DNA of 52,286 nucleotides from Octopus bimaculoides. Taxonomy: Eukaryota. The first letter of the stretch is position 1. Each line of letters opens with the position of its first letter. This document shows positions 1 to 13,595 of the stretch, in pieces. The translations under genes were made by a program, and so were the position numbers. The stretch spans positions 31,073,734 through 31,126,019 of the forward strand of contig NC_068999.1 in NCBI RefSeq assembly GCF_001194135.2, written 5' to 3'. The notes under the pieces were generated by a model. The model was given only the letters and a program-made list of their open reading frames with translations. It was not told where the DNA came from and did no database searches.

Positions 1-60
1 GTGTGATGGAGGAAAAAGACAACAAGAAACAAAAGAACAGAATGAAACGTTGGACCTTAC

Positions 61-152
61 CTTGTTGACCGCAGCGGAGTACACAATCGCTCCTGATCAA
101 AACACGTCTTTCTCGTAACCTCTCTGTTTTCTGACTGGCCCCACGTGCTCAT
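61..152 (-). CDS. Possible host-gene exon (MSTWGQSENREVTRKTCFDQERLCTPLRST...), product unknown
   Basis: Minus strand is open from ATG at 152-150 to a strong donor AAG|GTAAGG at 61/60. CpG-rich relative to the window, with CACGTG at 142-147. No recognised homology. Confidence 0.22.
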
Positions 153-239
153 CACAGCTCATCACAGCCCATAACACCACAATTTTCATTATTAACATAT
201 AAATATTAATTGCTTATTCTTTATTTTACTGTTTTTATA

Positions 240-1260
240 ATGAGTGGTGAAAAAATCGCTATTACTGCCATTTTATGCTACATATGGAAAAGACGATTGA
301 GTGCAAAGGCAGTAGCAAAATTAATAATGTGGGAGGCCCAGGAACAGTCAACAAATATGTGGCACAAATCTGGTTCAGATGTTTCAAAGAAGGTGACACC
401 AACCTTGAAGACAAACCAAGGTCAAGAAGACCTTCTTTTCTGGAAGATGAAGACTTGTTTGAAATGGTTGAACAACAGCCAAGCACAAGCATTTGTACAT
501 TGTTGGTAGAATTTGATCCTTCACAAAATACCATCAATTGATACCTCCTTTAGCTTGGCCTTGAGAACAGATGCTTTTGAAAAGCTCCTCATGAACTGAC
601 CAATGATCAGGCTCAATGACATTTGAACATTTGCAAACAACTGCTGGCAAATCCTCAAGATGCCCATTTTTGGCATCAAATTGTAACTGGATGAAAAATG
701 AATCTATTTTTATAATCCTAATAAAAGAAATCAGTAGCTTCATTCTTACCTGGCTTCAGAACCTGTTGTCAAACAAGGGTGCTTTGAACAAAAAGCCATG
801 TTGTGTGTTTGGTGGAATTTAGAGGGGTTGTTGCACATTAAGCTTGTCCTAGATAGTCATGCTGTGAATGCTAACCTTTATGCACAACTGAAGTAAGTAT
901 ATGATGCTTTGGAGGCCCACTACCCATATTGGTAAATCAAAGATGCAGACTCCTATAGCATTACAGTGCCCCAGCACACACTTCCAATGTGATCAAGTGC
1001 AAACTAATGGAACTTGAGGAGCTGGAATTGCTGTCTCACCCTGCCTACAGACCAGATTTTGCACCAACAGATTACAACCTTTTCCGAGCCATGGCTCATT
1101 TCTTGTGTGGATAGAGGTTCAACAATGTAGATGAGGTTGAAAAAAAGGTGCAGGGAGATTTTTGCCTCTAAACCAGCCAAATGCTATAAGTGTGGAACTG
1201 AGCTTCTGGCACATCGATGATAACAGACAATAGAATATGCTTGGATATATCTTGATGAAT
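240..1260 (+). mobile_element. Decayed mariner (DD34D) transposase
   Basis: N-terminal HTH segment (WFRCFKEGDTNLEDKPRSRRP), IVTG[D]EK remnant near 680, QHYSAPAH (from HDNAPAH) near 960, HPAYRPDFAPTDYNLF near 1040-1085. Many stops and frameshifts; TIRs not recognisable. Confidence 0.85.
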
Positions 1261-1334
1261 AAACACTTTTTGCGTGTAATTTGTTTGAATTACTAATTAA
1301 AGCTTGAAATAGGAAAAAAAAATCCTTTGACTCA

Positions 1335-2560
1335 ACCTGGGTGCGCTGAAAGTGTAGCTGCTAGAATAAGAATAGCCTGGGCAAAGTTCAGAAAGCTCTT
1401 ACCTCTGCTGGCGACAAAGGGCCTCTCACTCAGAGTAAAAGGCAGACTGTATGACGCATGTGTATGAACAGCCATGCTACATGGCAATGAAACATGGGCC
1501 ATGACTGCTGAGGACATGCGTAAGCTCACAAGGAATGAAGCCAGTATGCTCCGATGGATGTGTAATGTCAGTGTGCATACCCAACAGAGTGTAAAAATCT
1601 TGAGAGAAAAGTTGAACCTAAGAAGCATCAGTTGTGGTATTCAGAGAGAGATGATTGCGCTGATATGGACATGTGGCGAGAATGGATGAGGACAGCTGTG
1701 TGAAAAAGTGCCACACCTTAGCGGTTGAGGGAACCCATGGAAAAGGCAGGCCCACGAAGACCTGGGATGAGATGATGAAGTACGGCCTCCGTACATTAGG
1801 CCTCACCGAGGCAATGACTTGTGACTGAAACCTTTGGAAATATGCTGTGCGTGAGAAGACCCGGCAAGCCAAGTGAGACCAAAATCCAAGGCCTCTGCCA
1901 GGGATGTAGCCAGCCCACTTATGTGTAACATTCCTTCATTGGATACTAAACTCCGCTTGCGAAGACCTGTTGAGGCAGGTGAAATCAAAATCGAACTAAA
2001 TTTGTAGACTGGCACCCATGCCAACGTCTCTTTCATTGAACACTAAACTCGGCTTGTGAAGACCTGTTGGGGCAAGCGAAAGCGAAATCATGATGGCACC
2101 TGTACCAGTGGAGCACTAAGAGCACTGTCCGAGCGTGATCGTTGCTAGAGCAGTTGTCTGGTTTCCATGCCGGTGGCACGTAAATAACACCATTTGAGCG
2201 TGATCGTTACCAACATCACCTCCCTAGCACTTGTGCTGGTGGCATGTGAAAAGACATTTGAACGAGAACATTGCCAGTGCCGCTGGACTGGCTCCTGTGC
2301 AGGTGGCACGTAAAATACACCATTTCGAGCATGGCCATTGCCAGTACTGCCTGACTGGCCTTCGTGCCGGTCACACGTAAAAACACCCACTACACTCTTG
2401 GAGTGGTTGGTGTTAGGAAGGGCATCCAACAGTAGAAACTCTGCCAAATCAGATTGGAGCCTGGTGCAGCCACCTGGTCCACCAGTCCTCAGTCAAATCG
2501 TCCAACCCATGCTAGCATGGAAAGCGGACGTTAAACGATGATGATGATGATGATGATGAT
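1335..2560 (+). mobile_element. 5'-truncated RTE-clade LINE (ORF C-terminus, 3' UTR, (GAT)n tail)
   Basis: Peptide MLHGNETWAMTAEDMRKLTRNEASMLRWMCNV. 3' UTR ends GGAAAGCGGACGTTAAAC(GAT)n, the same tail as other copies in the window. Confidence 0.85.
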
Positions 2561-4949
2561 ACACAATGATAGACACATACTGTGACAGATCTGTGCAGTG
2601 GAAGCCACAATGTCAGCCATGTGCATTTGAATATTGCTAACTCAATGTGCAACAAAGCTGCTTGAACAATCTCATTCATTAATAGCTGACATATAATAAT
2701 AATACAAACATCTGCAGGAACGACAACAATGTCATCAACAGCCAATCAACAACAGGAACAACATGAATGATAAATTGGACAACAATACAATGCACAACAA
2801 CATTGATATATGGAAATATTTGAAGCTTGAATTACAAAAAAATGATTCAGAAAATAATGGCTTTGAAAATATTTAGTTGCTTTCAACTTTTAGATGAATT
2901 TAATATATATGAGAATTATATATATTATAATATCATGGATGATGTTGTCAGAAGTAGGCAGAGCAGTGAAATATCCATTAATATTTCTATGACATTAGTA
3001 GGGTCAGCTTTACCTTTCAATAAAGTGAAAAAGCAAAAATCTTTGAAAATTGATGGTCTTTTTTGTCCAATAGTAATAACATGAGTTCACAAAAGTGAAT
3101 TGGTTATTTTTACCATGATAAAGAGGTGATTTTTATTGATTTAGTGAGGATCTTTTGTTAGAGAAACAAAAGAATTGGTTACTTGTAAAGATAAATAAAT
3201 AAATTAGAAATGGTTATATCCTTAATATAACATAGACTGCATTTCAAAAATTGGCTTTCCTCTTAAGAAGTAGAGAACAACTACTGGCCTTTTACAAAGC
3301 TCTGCAGAGGCATACAGTGGAATAGTGCTCCCTCATCTGGGAAGGTGGTTTTGCTATACATCCACAGATATCATAGACTACAACCAAAGAAGGGCTACAC
3401 AATATATAAATGTGAAGTCATTGACCATCACACTCCAACTTTTGGTCAACACATGAGCCGTTTCTTCTGTTTGCTTTCTCTACCACTATTACAGTGGCTT
3501 CTAGTCTCAAGAACAAGTCTTGAGAGCCACATGTGCTTTGTTACCTGGCAATTTCTGAAAATTACTCTTGGACTGTCTCTTAGTTTTATGCAGGTATTGA
3601 AGGATAAAGATATGAGTGAGGAATCTCATCACCAAACGTAGCTAACGTTGAGGCCAATGACAGCTCATAATGAGGTAAGACAAAGAAATAGGGTGAACAA
3701 ATAAGCTTTTTAATGATTCTAAGTTTTGTTTTACAAAATAGTCTGTTTTACCTAAAAAGAATAGCATGGACTTTTGAGAAAATATGATATTCTCCAGTCT
3801 GGAATGTTCTGCACAAGAAAGAGTGTGTAAATGAAAAAGAAAGCGAGTGAGGCAGATCAATGAATATCTCAAGTGGCTGTCTTACTAGGAATGCAGTTAT
3901 AGTAATTATGATGATGACTGATGGTATCAAACAGGGAAAATCTATGTCATCTGCTTCTGAATCTGAAGGGAAAATGTACAACAATGAAACCAGATTGTAA
4001 ACTTCTTTCGGTGTTATAGCCAGCTGTTTGCAACAGTGAGGTGAGGACAGAGCCTGTGGCTACGGTCACTTGCATGTCGCAAGAGTTTATCATGATCCAA
4101 CTAAAATTTGGAAGATGGGTGATAAAGATATGGGTGACCAGTATGCAATCCTTCAGAGACCATACTAGAGTGGTGGCACTAACTGAGGAGCATAGACAAG
4201 CTATTACACTTTTTCCACTCTTCTCCGAGCTCCAGATTTTGAGGTGCCAAATGGCATAAAAGCTCTAACTGACATATTGTAGAGAAGTTATCAAAAGAAT
4301 GAGAGGTCAGACAAACAAATCAGCTGGTTTGACCAGCAGAACCAGAAAGGTCGATGGTGCCAAATCAAACAATACCAAAATAAGATGCAGCCAAACAGAT
4401 CAAAACCACCTGACAAACCAACAGCAGCAGCTACTACAAACACAACACAACAACAGCATCAGACAAGAAACTACAAGTAGAAAGGAACCAGTAATAACAA
4501 CACCAAGAATAGGAACAACATCAATCACAGCAACAGCAAAAACAGCTGTAACAGGATCAGAAAGAACAGTTGTAATAAGAACTGAAAAAAAAAAAACTAC
4601 AAACACAGAAACAACAACAATCCACTAGCAAAGCTTTCAATTACACAGTTCTCCAAAAGAAGAATGAGAAGTTAATGAAGTATGTACACTCCAACATATA
4701 CTGAATTTTACCTCAAGTAAGGGCCTTGACAAAGTAACAATATCAAAAACCCTACAAGAGAGAATTCTGGTGAAAACCACATTAGAAGTAAGCCACTCTT
4801 TCAGAAAAATTTTTCTAAATGATAAAAATTAAAAAGATGTATTAGACAAAAGGATTTTGGAGAGTTCTTAAAAAGATCTCATAAAACAAGAGCAGACAAC
4901 ATACTTTCTCCTCCTCCAGCTTAAATAGCTTTATTAAAGGTAGGCAGTA

Positions 4950-6700
4950 TAAAGGTGAGTGATGAGCGATCAGTATGAAAGTAGAGATGCCTGCTTAATG
5001 ACCTCAGGTCACCGTGTCTAGATGTCATAGCCATTAGCAAAACCAGGATTTCTGAGACAAAATTGCTCAGCCTACTTCTAGAAGATTATGTGGCTTAACC
5101 CTCCTTCAGTCAACCTGGAATAAGTGGCATTGTAGTGCTGTTTTTGGAAAGGACTGGACTGAGAGATGAATACAGGTTTTCTTAGATCCAGGAGTTAAGT
5201 TGGTGGTCTTGGGTGTGAGCAGCTATGAGGATGACAGTGGGACCATCTAATTGATGGCTATATGTACCTCAAATGTAGTGATTAGACCTGATTTCCTTAG
5301 ACATTTAGAGATATTCCTAGAATCATCTAACTCATTAGTGTTAATAGATACAGAAACGATATTTTGGATGGATGCAAGGAACTGTATGGGTATAGCTGAT
5401 AGAATGGGTGCAAAAGCCTTGAAAATATTCTCAGGTACTTCCATTTGTGTGACAAGTTACACTTTGATAACCCAAATGTGCTAATATAGACTTGGTCTAA
5501 TGACAGTGGGTCATCCAAGTTGTATTTAGACTTTATGTTAGGCTAACAGATAAAATGGAACTGCCTGTAGTTAATCATAGATGGCTACAAGCAAGCCTTG
5601 ATTGGCCTCGCCTACATGCTAAACTCTTCCCTGCACTCACTAAGTTTCAGCTTGATGACTGCACCTCTACACATGGCCTACATGGACCTTGTAAAGTATT
5701 TACCTACCCCAAGTTTTCAGAGCAACCACAAGTTTAAATTGCCCAGAACTTTGCGAAAGGCCTTTGAGTTGAATTCTAAATACACTTGCTTAGTCTTAAC
5801 TAATACTTTGCTTGAAGTTGTCTCTTTAAGAAGGCATCACTAGTATCTTTTCCTGTCACAATGCCAAATTGCATCTCATCTAGGTCGACACACTTCCTAA
5901 TCAATTGTGCTGTAATTCTTTCAGTAGCTTTCTTAACAAGTTTCAACAACCTGATGCTTCAGTAGATCCCCTTCTTTAGTGCATCTCATTTGTCCTTGTA
6001 GCAATTAAAGATAATACTGCTATGCCAGTCAGTGAGTACAACATTGTCTTATACTATCTGATTAGCTATACATGACTAGCATATAACCTACCTTACGCAT
6101 CTCAGTGGTTGTATTTTCTGCATCTCAGTGGTTGTATCTGATGGTTCAGCTGCCTTCCATGGCTTCATATCTTTAATCACTCTATCTAACCTATTGATGA
6201 GGGCTTTTTCTTCTATTGGTGGTATTTAGGGCAAATGCTCTCTTTTCTATGTATTCTCAACATTCAACAATTTGTCATAATAGCAATTTCATATATCTTA
6301 ATTTTCACACCAGTAAGAACATTGCTGTTATTCTAAATACACTACTCTCAAACAATGTCATTATATTTTCTAGTACACTGTCTTGTAATCGAAGTCACTT
6401 CATATTTCTGGTTCTCTTTTTACAGAGCATGTGTGAATTTCTTACCTCCTGCACTACATCTACCTAATTATACTTGTTACTTAGTTTCTTTTCTTGCAAT
6501 TTGGTATTGCTCCAGGTTGACTTTTTGCCTCCAGTCTTTTCAAGTCTCACACTTTGCTTTTATGACTTTAATTACAGTACTTGCAACAGATCTGGTCTGT
6601 AGCTATCAGCACCTTGTGATATCAAAACTCAGTGTTATATATCACCATATCTTCTATCTCTATTATTGTTCCAAATCATGATTTGTTTCTGAGTTGGTCT
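4950..6700 (-). mobile_element. Highly decayed RTE LINE RT region
   Basis: Minus-strand remnants such as SSIIFNCYK..DAL..IRLLKLVKKATERITAQLIRKCVDLDEMQFG and AF.KV..NLWLL*KLGV, homologous to the better-preserved copy at 19.1-21.3 kb. Boundaries approximate. Confidence 0.7.
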
Positions 6701-6934
6701 AGCACATACTTTGAAGTTACTAGTCACTAATTTACGAGTGGTACATTTCTTACTTGGGATTTATCACTGTTTCTGTTTTTTCTCCCATTTCATAGCAAGA
6801 CTAAAGTCCATCAGGCTTTTGTGTTTGTCTGGCTGGTAGGCGATCAGGTGATTGGTTAATTTCTTGATATTTGTCTTGCAAATGTCTAGGTCATTTGTAT
6901 CACCAAGCTCCAGAAATCTAGATCCTTTCTCACT

Positions 6935-8860
6935 GTACCCACAGGGCCCATGGATCAAACACCTTTTCACTGTTTCATGAAGTAAGGGTTCAGTCACAGG
7001 ATCCGGGATCTCGACACAGACAATTTGATCAATTTTTTTTTTATCATCCAATTTATCATCAGGGTGCAAAATAATCAACAGATGGGCATGTGGTAAGCCC
7101 CACTTTTGAAATTCAATGGTTTGGCAGTAAGCAGTGACTCGTCCAAATATCTGTTTCTTAGTGATGTCATTCAAGAATTCATGCAGTTCTATACTGAATA
7201 TATAGGCCACCAAATCCGGTCTATCTGATGAAGTTTGCCTGGGAAGTAAATTCTCTCTAATTTCTTGCTAATTAGGATTTCATGTTATTGTGAGGAAGAT
7301 ATCAGGAGGACCATATATGTGCACAATAGCCATGACGTCTTGATAGCCCTCATGCATATTCCTAGGAGAACCTTGAAATGATGAAGACAAGATAACTGTA
7401 CATCTCACTTGAGCATTTGCAGCATCAGCAGCATTCTGTAAATGATCAGCAAGACCATGGTATTGTTCTACTTTCAAACTGTGTTGATAGTTCTTCACAA
7501 AATTTATATTGCTACCTTCAATTTGCAGGTAAGAGTCTACTGCCCCTTGCTGGAAGACCTTCTCTCCAGGGATAACTGGGTTGAACACACCATCTCTAAC
7601 TGCTGTAAGAGATACTTTATGTAGAAGCATTGTAACATTTTGCCTTGAGTTTGCTCTAGTTTTATTACCAATCATATGTGGTTGCCAGCCTGGCTCTCCA
7701 TATGGAAAGAACAATACATACGTTATTGGGTTGAGGTTGGGGCTAAGAACGTTCAGACTGATTACAGGGACTTCATTGTTTCTTGGGTAAACTTTGAAAT
7801 CTCTGTTGAATGTTGGCTCACCATCAGTATTGCTGAAAACCATAGCTATTTCATTAACTGTTGGTAAATTGTATCTCCGTCTATTAGCAGTGTGATCCCT
7901 GCTGAAGACCAATTTTATGACAGATACAGGCCTCTGTTCTGTTGGGCTTGCTGTTCCTCATGCAGTTCTACTTCTCGTAATGTCCTGTAAGATGCAGCAT
8001 AGACATTGTTCTCTCTGATAATTTCATTCAATCTGTGCATCACCTCAGATATACAGCTTTCATTTGCTGCATTCTGAGCCCACACTGTGGCGGCTTGAAT
8101 GCTGTCCACAACATACAGTTGTGCAAATTGCCTCCATTGGCCCTCAACAGGATGCATGTGTGAAGTCCTGTAATAAACTTGGTCATGCACTCTGAAGCAG
8201 AAGGCACCTAATCCTTGTGGGTTTTCAATGTGAGTGCCCATATAGAGCAGTTGTATGACCTTATGTCTTCTTTGAAGTTAACATAATGTGGATGTTGAGG
8301 GTCTGACAACAGGGATCGTAAGTATGGAGGAAATTCTCTTCTAACTGCAGGCAGGACTTTCTCTTTATGATGGCAACTGTTAAAGCATCCGTCTGGTGGT
8401 CGCTCTGAAGCAAAATGCCTGACTTTACAAAACTAACACAATTATGAACCTGAACATTCTCTTCATTATAAGTATGATTATTTACTAAATTTACATGGTT
8501 TCCAACTCTTCGCACAACTCTCATGTATTCGAATTCCTGCCTCTGATTATTTCTTTATTCTTCCGTTTCAATATTAATTAATTCTTCCATTCTTTTCCTC
8601 AATGTTCTCTCTCTCTCTCTCTCTCTCTCTTTCGATTTCTCTCCTTTGTGCTGCTTCCACTTCCGTTACATCATGTCGCATTTGCGATGCTCTAGTTCTT
8701 AGGTAGTCTTTCCTCACTGCTGCTTGCTCTTCTGCTTCATCTTGGTGCTTTTGTGCTGCTCTCTCTCTTTGGATATCTCTCCTTTGTGCAATTAGGTGCT
8801 CCTTTTCCTTTTGACACTTTTGAGCCTATCTTCTTGCCTCTTGCACTCATCTCTCTTGTC
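6935..8860 (-). mobile_element. Helitron RepHel N-terminal/Rep fragment (pseudogene)
   Basis: GAFCFRVHDQVYYRTS..FAQLY, RRYNLPT..EIA, YVLFFPYGEPGW, SSFQGSPRNM..YQD.MAIV..YGPPDIFLT, and the HUH motif EFQKWGLPHAH (7093-7082), then HGPCG. Homology stops near 6938, before the Y2 motif and helicase. Confidence 0.92.
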
Positions 8861-9251
8861 TCACTACTTATTATTTGTTTGTAAATACTGGTACTTATTT
8901 CTATTTGTAATCTAAGTGTCATGTCTGTTATATTTGTCAATAGTAGGTTAATAACATAGATGTTAAGATATTATCAACACATAGAATAGATACAATACTC
9001 AGACTACAGAGTTCACACACATAGTAATAGACAGACCAAGGCTCAACAGAAAACATGACTGGAACAATAACACCTGCCACCACTCTGCACAACCTTAGGA
9101 CTAAAGACAGAATGAGAGAAGAATAAAAAGACACATATACATACTTAAAACAGAATGAGAAAAAAATAAAGAAATAGATAAAGAAATAAAAAAACAACTA
9201 AATAAAAGACACAGGTACAGAGTAGTAAGCAAACCCATATACATGCATACT

Positions 9252-9288
<37 letters not shown>

Positions 9289-9707
9289 TGCAAATGCATG
9301 TGCAGATAAGAGAAGAGAGAATAGAGAATGGATTAAACAGAACAGGAGATACGTGGGATGAAGAGTTGTTGGAGAGGTCACAGAAGGTGTGATGTAAGAT
9401 TTCAGACAAAGGACACTAAAATAAGATTAATAATAAAGCTTAAGTGAAGAACGAGTATATAGTGTGTGTGGTTAATTGGCAAAAACAAGAAAAAATGACC
9501 ATCTTCAAATGTAACATTAATAGAAATCTTATTTTATTTTATATGTGACATACACTGTATATATTACATGTCTATATATGTGGTATGGAATATAAAAAAA
9601 AATGTTTGTTTGCTGAAAATATTGTAACATCAATTTAAATTTATCTTTTCCTCATTTAAATTATTATTATTATTATACACTCTGTGAAGCATATAGGTAT
9701 TTATATA

Positions 9708-9903
9708 TGAGAGGGTACTGAAAAGTTCCTGGCTTTGGATAAAAAAAAAATACATGAGAATCAGTTATGATTTTATTCAACTTACTCCCCTCTCAGATTC
9801 ACACACTTATTGCAGCAGTCATTCAGTTTTTCTAAGCCCTGTAAAAGAACAGCCAGGCCTTTTGCGACACCCTTAAAGCAAGAAACTTTTCAGCACCTCC
9901 TCA
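9708..9903. mobile_element. Mariner-type MITE
   Basis: About 30-bp TIRs TGAGAGGGTACTGAAAAGTTCCTGGCTT / revcomp TGAGGAGGTGCTGAAAAGTTTCTTGCTT, TA at 9706-07 and 9904-05, non-coding interior. Confidence 0.85.
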
Positions 9904-9904
9904 T

Positions 9905-9977
<73 letters not shown>

Positions 9978-10529
9978 GATCAGAACAGTTTGATTCAAAT
10001 TCCTTGGTACTTTAAGGCAAGACGTGGGAAAACACTCCTAAATTGAAGATGTTCTCAGTCAGTAGGAACAAAACCCAGGCAAACCAAATATGGCATACAT
10101 CAAAAAAATGTTAGTTCTATCAAAAAATATAATGTTTAAATTTCCACATTATCTATTTATGACCTAATTATAAATTCAAAATGACTGACTGGACAAACGT
10201 ACTCTTATTTTAGGTCAATTTTTCTACCAAACTATCAAAGATAATATGCTCTAACTTGGAATATCAACAGATTGAAGTGCAGACTGGATGCTGAATCAAA
10301 GAAATTGATGAAGTTTGCCTAGATTTCATTGTGGGGTCGCTCATAGCCATATGCAACAGTTCAGGCGTTTTGGTCCCTGGGTAATAGCATTCAAGTATCT
10401 CTGAAAGGTAAACAAATGCAGTGTATCTAATTACACTAAAACAACATCTAGGCAAGAATCAAAATAATACACATACAAAATTTTAGCCTATTACATCAAT
10501 TATTTTTTAAAACACAACAATCCTAAAAA

Positions 10530-12300
10530 CTGATGAAGACATCAAGATAGATTGTATAACAACCTGGTAAATCCCTCCCATCATAATGGAATGAGTGAGC
10601 GACAAGGTACCAATGACTCACTCCATTTTTTTAGGGAACAAGATCTCCAGACAAAAACGAAAGAAAAACATTAATTATACAAAAATATTGGACCAACTGA
10701 CCCAAAATAATCAAGCTCTCACAATGGAATCTTATTGTAGAAATAAAAATTCTACAATATGGTCTAAAATTCACACCAACTCCTAAATCCAACACAACAT
10801 ACCTTATAAAAGATACCGAGGAATTTTGCAGAAAACTTCGGCAACAAGAATTCTTTCAAAACAATGACAACAATGATTCATCATTTGTGCAGAACAAAAC
10901 AAGTTTTAAACCTCCGATAATCAGAAACAAACACTTGGAGGAATATATGATATGCCTGAAAAGGTCTGCTAACTCAAACATTCCAGCAAAATTAAATGTG
11001 GAACAAAAAGCATTACAATGTCTACAGGAAGACTCATCTATAGTCATTAAAGAAGCTGACAAAGGAGGAGCCATTGTAATAATGGACAAGATTCATTACA
11101 GGGAAATGGTCTTAGAAAAACTCAGTGACCACCAATTCTACAGAAAACTAGATAGCAATACTGATAAATGAGCTATGAGCAAAATTGGCAAATTTACCAA
11201 CGAAAACAAAAAAAGAGTTGGATTACCTCACCAATTTTGAAGTGAAAACAAGTAATTTTTATGGACTTCCTAAAATCCATAAATCCAAACAGATCAACAA
11301 CAGCTTAAAAGACTTCCATATTCCATATATAATGATTACCAAACCAACTGATCTCAAATTGCGTCTGATTGTTGCAAAATAAGACAGTTGTAACTAACTT
11401 ATTTTACAACTGATCTCTACTACAAGAACACAGGCACACTCCAATATTTAGACTTTAGATCTTGCCACTCTTCCCATATAAAAAGGAACATACCATTTAA
11501 TCTGGCAAAGTGCATATGCTCAATAGTCACAGATACTGTTAGATGAGAGAAACGACTGGCAAAACTTAATATATTCCTTTAGAAACAAAAGTATCCCAAC
11601 AAGTTAATTCAGTATGCCATAACAAAAGCAAAAGAAATCCCAATCTCTACCTTATGGAGAAACACTCAGGCTAGGTATGAAAAAAAAAATACAAGTACAA
11701 ATATTCTGTTCGTAATCACCCACAACCCTAGAAACCACAACATCCTGCACTCAGCCAAACGATACCTCCCAATTCTAGATCAGTCACTAAATCTCCAACA
11801 AATAATTAAAAAATCACAAATTATCAATAGTCAAAGACAATCACCTGACCTCAAGAGACTCCTAACAAAGGTGAGATTGACATTTGAAAACGAAACGATA
11901 CAAACCAACCGTGGAGATCCCCGTTGTGGGATATGTGAATTAACTGAGCAAGGGGCTACCAAAAGACTCAAGAATGGGAAGGAATTAAAAGTAAATGCAG
12001 TCATGAATTGCAAGGCAAAAAACCTCATCTACTGTATCACATGCCCACAAAATTACATTGGGGAGACAGGAAAGAAACTGACCAGCTGTGTAAATGTGCA
12101 TGAATAACAAATTAGAGATTCCTCTCTTAGGCATGTCCCATGCAGTAAACATCTAGATATCTATGCAAATGGAAAATTTTTAATATTCCCATTTTACAAA
12201 ATAAACGATGAAAATGTACAACTACAAAAAGCAAAAGAAGAATAGTATATAAGAATTCTAAACCCAAAATTAAACAAAAATAGCCAACACTCCATATAAT
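10530..12300 (+). mobile_element. Decayed Penelope-like element (Neptune-like) with RT core deleted
   Basis: LKFTPTP, IVIKEADKGGAIVIMD, NFYGLPKIHKS, thumb remnant TDLYYK..IPFNLAK, Cys motif PRCGIC, GIY-YIG (LIYCITC..NYIGETG) and terminal LNPKLN. RT catalytic motifs are missing between about 11380 and 11405. Confidence 0.88.
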
Positions 12301-12571
12301 AAACAATGGTAACATAATATTTATGACCAAAATCAAAATTCCGAAAACAAACCGGAAATGATACTACCACTACTGCAAAAATAACAACTTCCTCTTTAAG
12401 AGCATGTGTGTTTGAAGAGATTTAACAAAAGTGCTCACACACTAGAAAAAAACTTCTTCCCAAAAAGGTTAGTAACATCCTCATAAATGATTTCATAACA
12501 TTTTTAAAGAAAACAATTTTTTTAAAAATCACCTTTACACTTCAAAAACTGTATAAAGTAATCCCCATAGG

Positions 12572-12638
<67 letters not shown>

Positions 12639-13083
12639 ATCAAAACAGTTTGATTCAAATTCATTGGTATTCTTGAGTTTCAAGCGCAATGCTAGTCACC
12701 AGCCATTTTGAATTCAAATGAATGACATAAGTTGGTTGTTATTACTGTAAGGTGGGCTGCAATTGGTCAAGGAAGGTCACATGATGTTGGAGTTTGATGT
12801 TGCTATATGGATAACAGTTGGAAAATACTGCATGGTGAACAGGAAATTGACCACATGGTGGACAGGAAATAGACTAGAAGTCAGTCAGGTTGTAGGGGGA
12901 AGTAGGAGGGGACAGCATGTGAAAGTATATTGTTTTAAATGTTGGTGTACAGATGCACTCATATAGTTTTGCGTGCATATGTATATTGATGTGAATGTGT
13001 ACATGTGTACATGGGCATGCACACACATACACATTCATATGCACACATGCACACATTCACACACATATGCGTATTCATTCATA

Positions 13084-13151
<68 letters not shown>

Positions 13152-13595
13152 TATGCTATATATTATATATATATAGTAGAAAGCAAAACGGAACAGGCAA
13201 AGAACAAGTATCAATTTACAGCATGGAATTCATATGTTTTAAACATAATTGCCAAGCTGTTACAAAAAAGTTGTTAGAATAGAGTGTTTCATAGAAATTC
13301 CCTTATTTCTATGAGACACTCTATTCTAACAGCTCTACAATTATGTTTAAATATATAAATTACATTATCTACTCTGATACCATTTGTTTGCATGTTTGTT
13401 ATTTCTATTCATGTAATGTACCTCCTCGATGATAAACCACTTATAGCCGTTCATTGCTTGGCTACAGCAACACCACTTTGTTTCAGTCATAATTCAATTT
13501 GCAGTACTTATTTTATATACCTATTACATTATGTCATTAGATACAATTTTACCTGACCTCTCTCTCCCTCATACACTCTCACTCTATGTATATAC

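Noticed and set aside
2600-4700. Unassigned region including a T/N/Q-rich 109-aa ORF (4299-4628), possibly a gag remnant
   Set aside because: No diagnostic motif could be read; it would need TBLASTX against TE libraries.
12400-12450. Possible hammerhead remnant after the Neptune-like PLE
   Set aside because: TTGAAGA..CTC and GTGTG/CACAC are suggestive, but the GAAA/UH half is missing.
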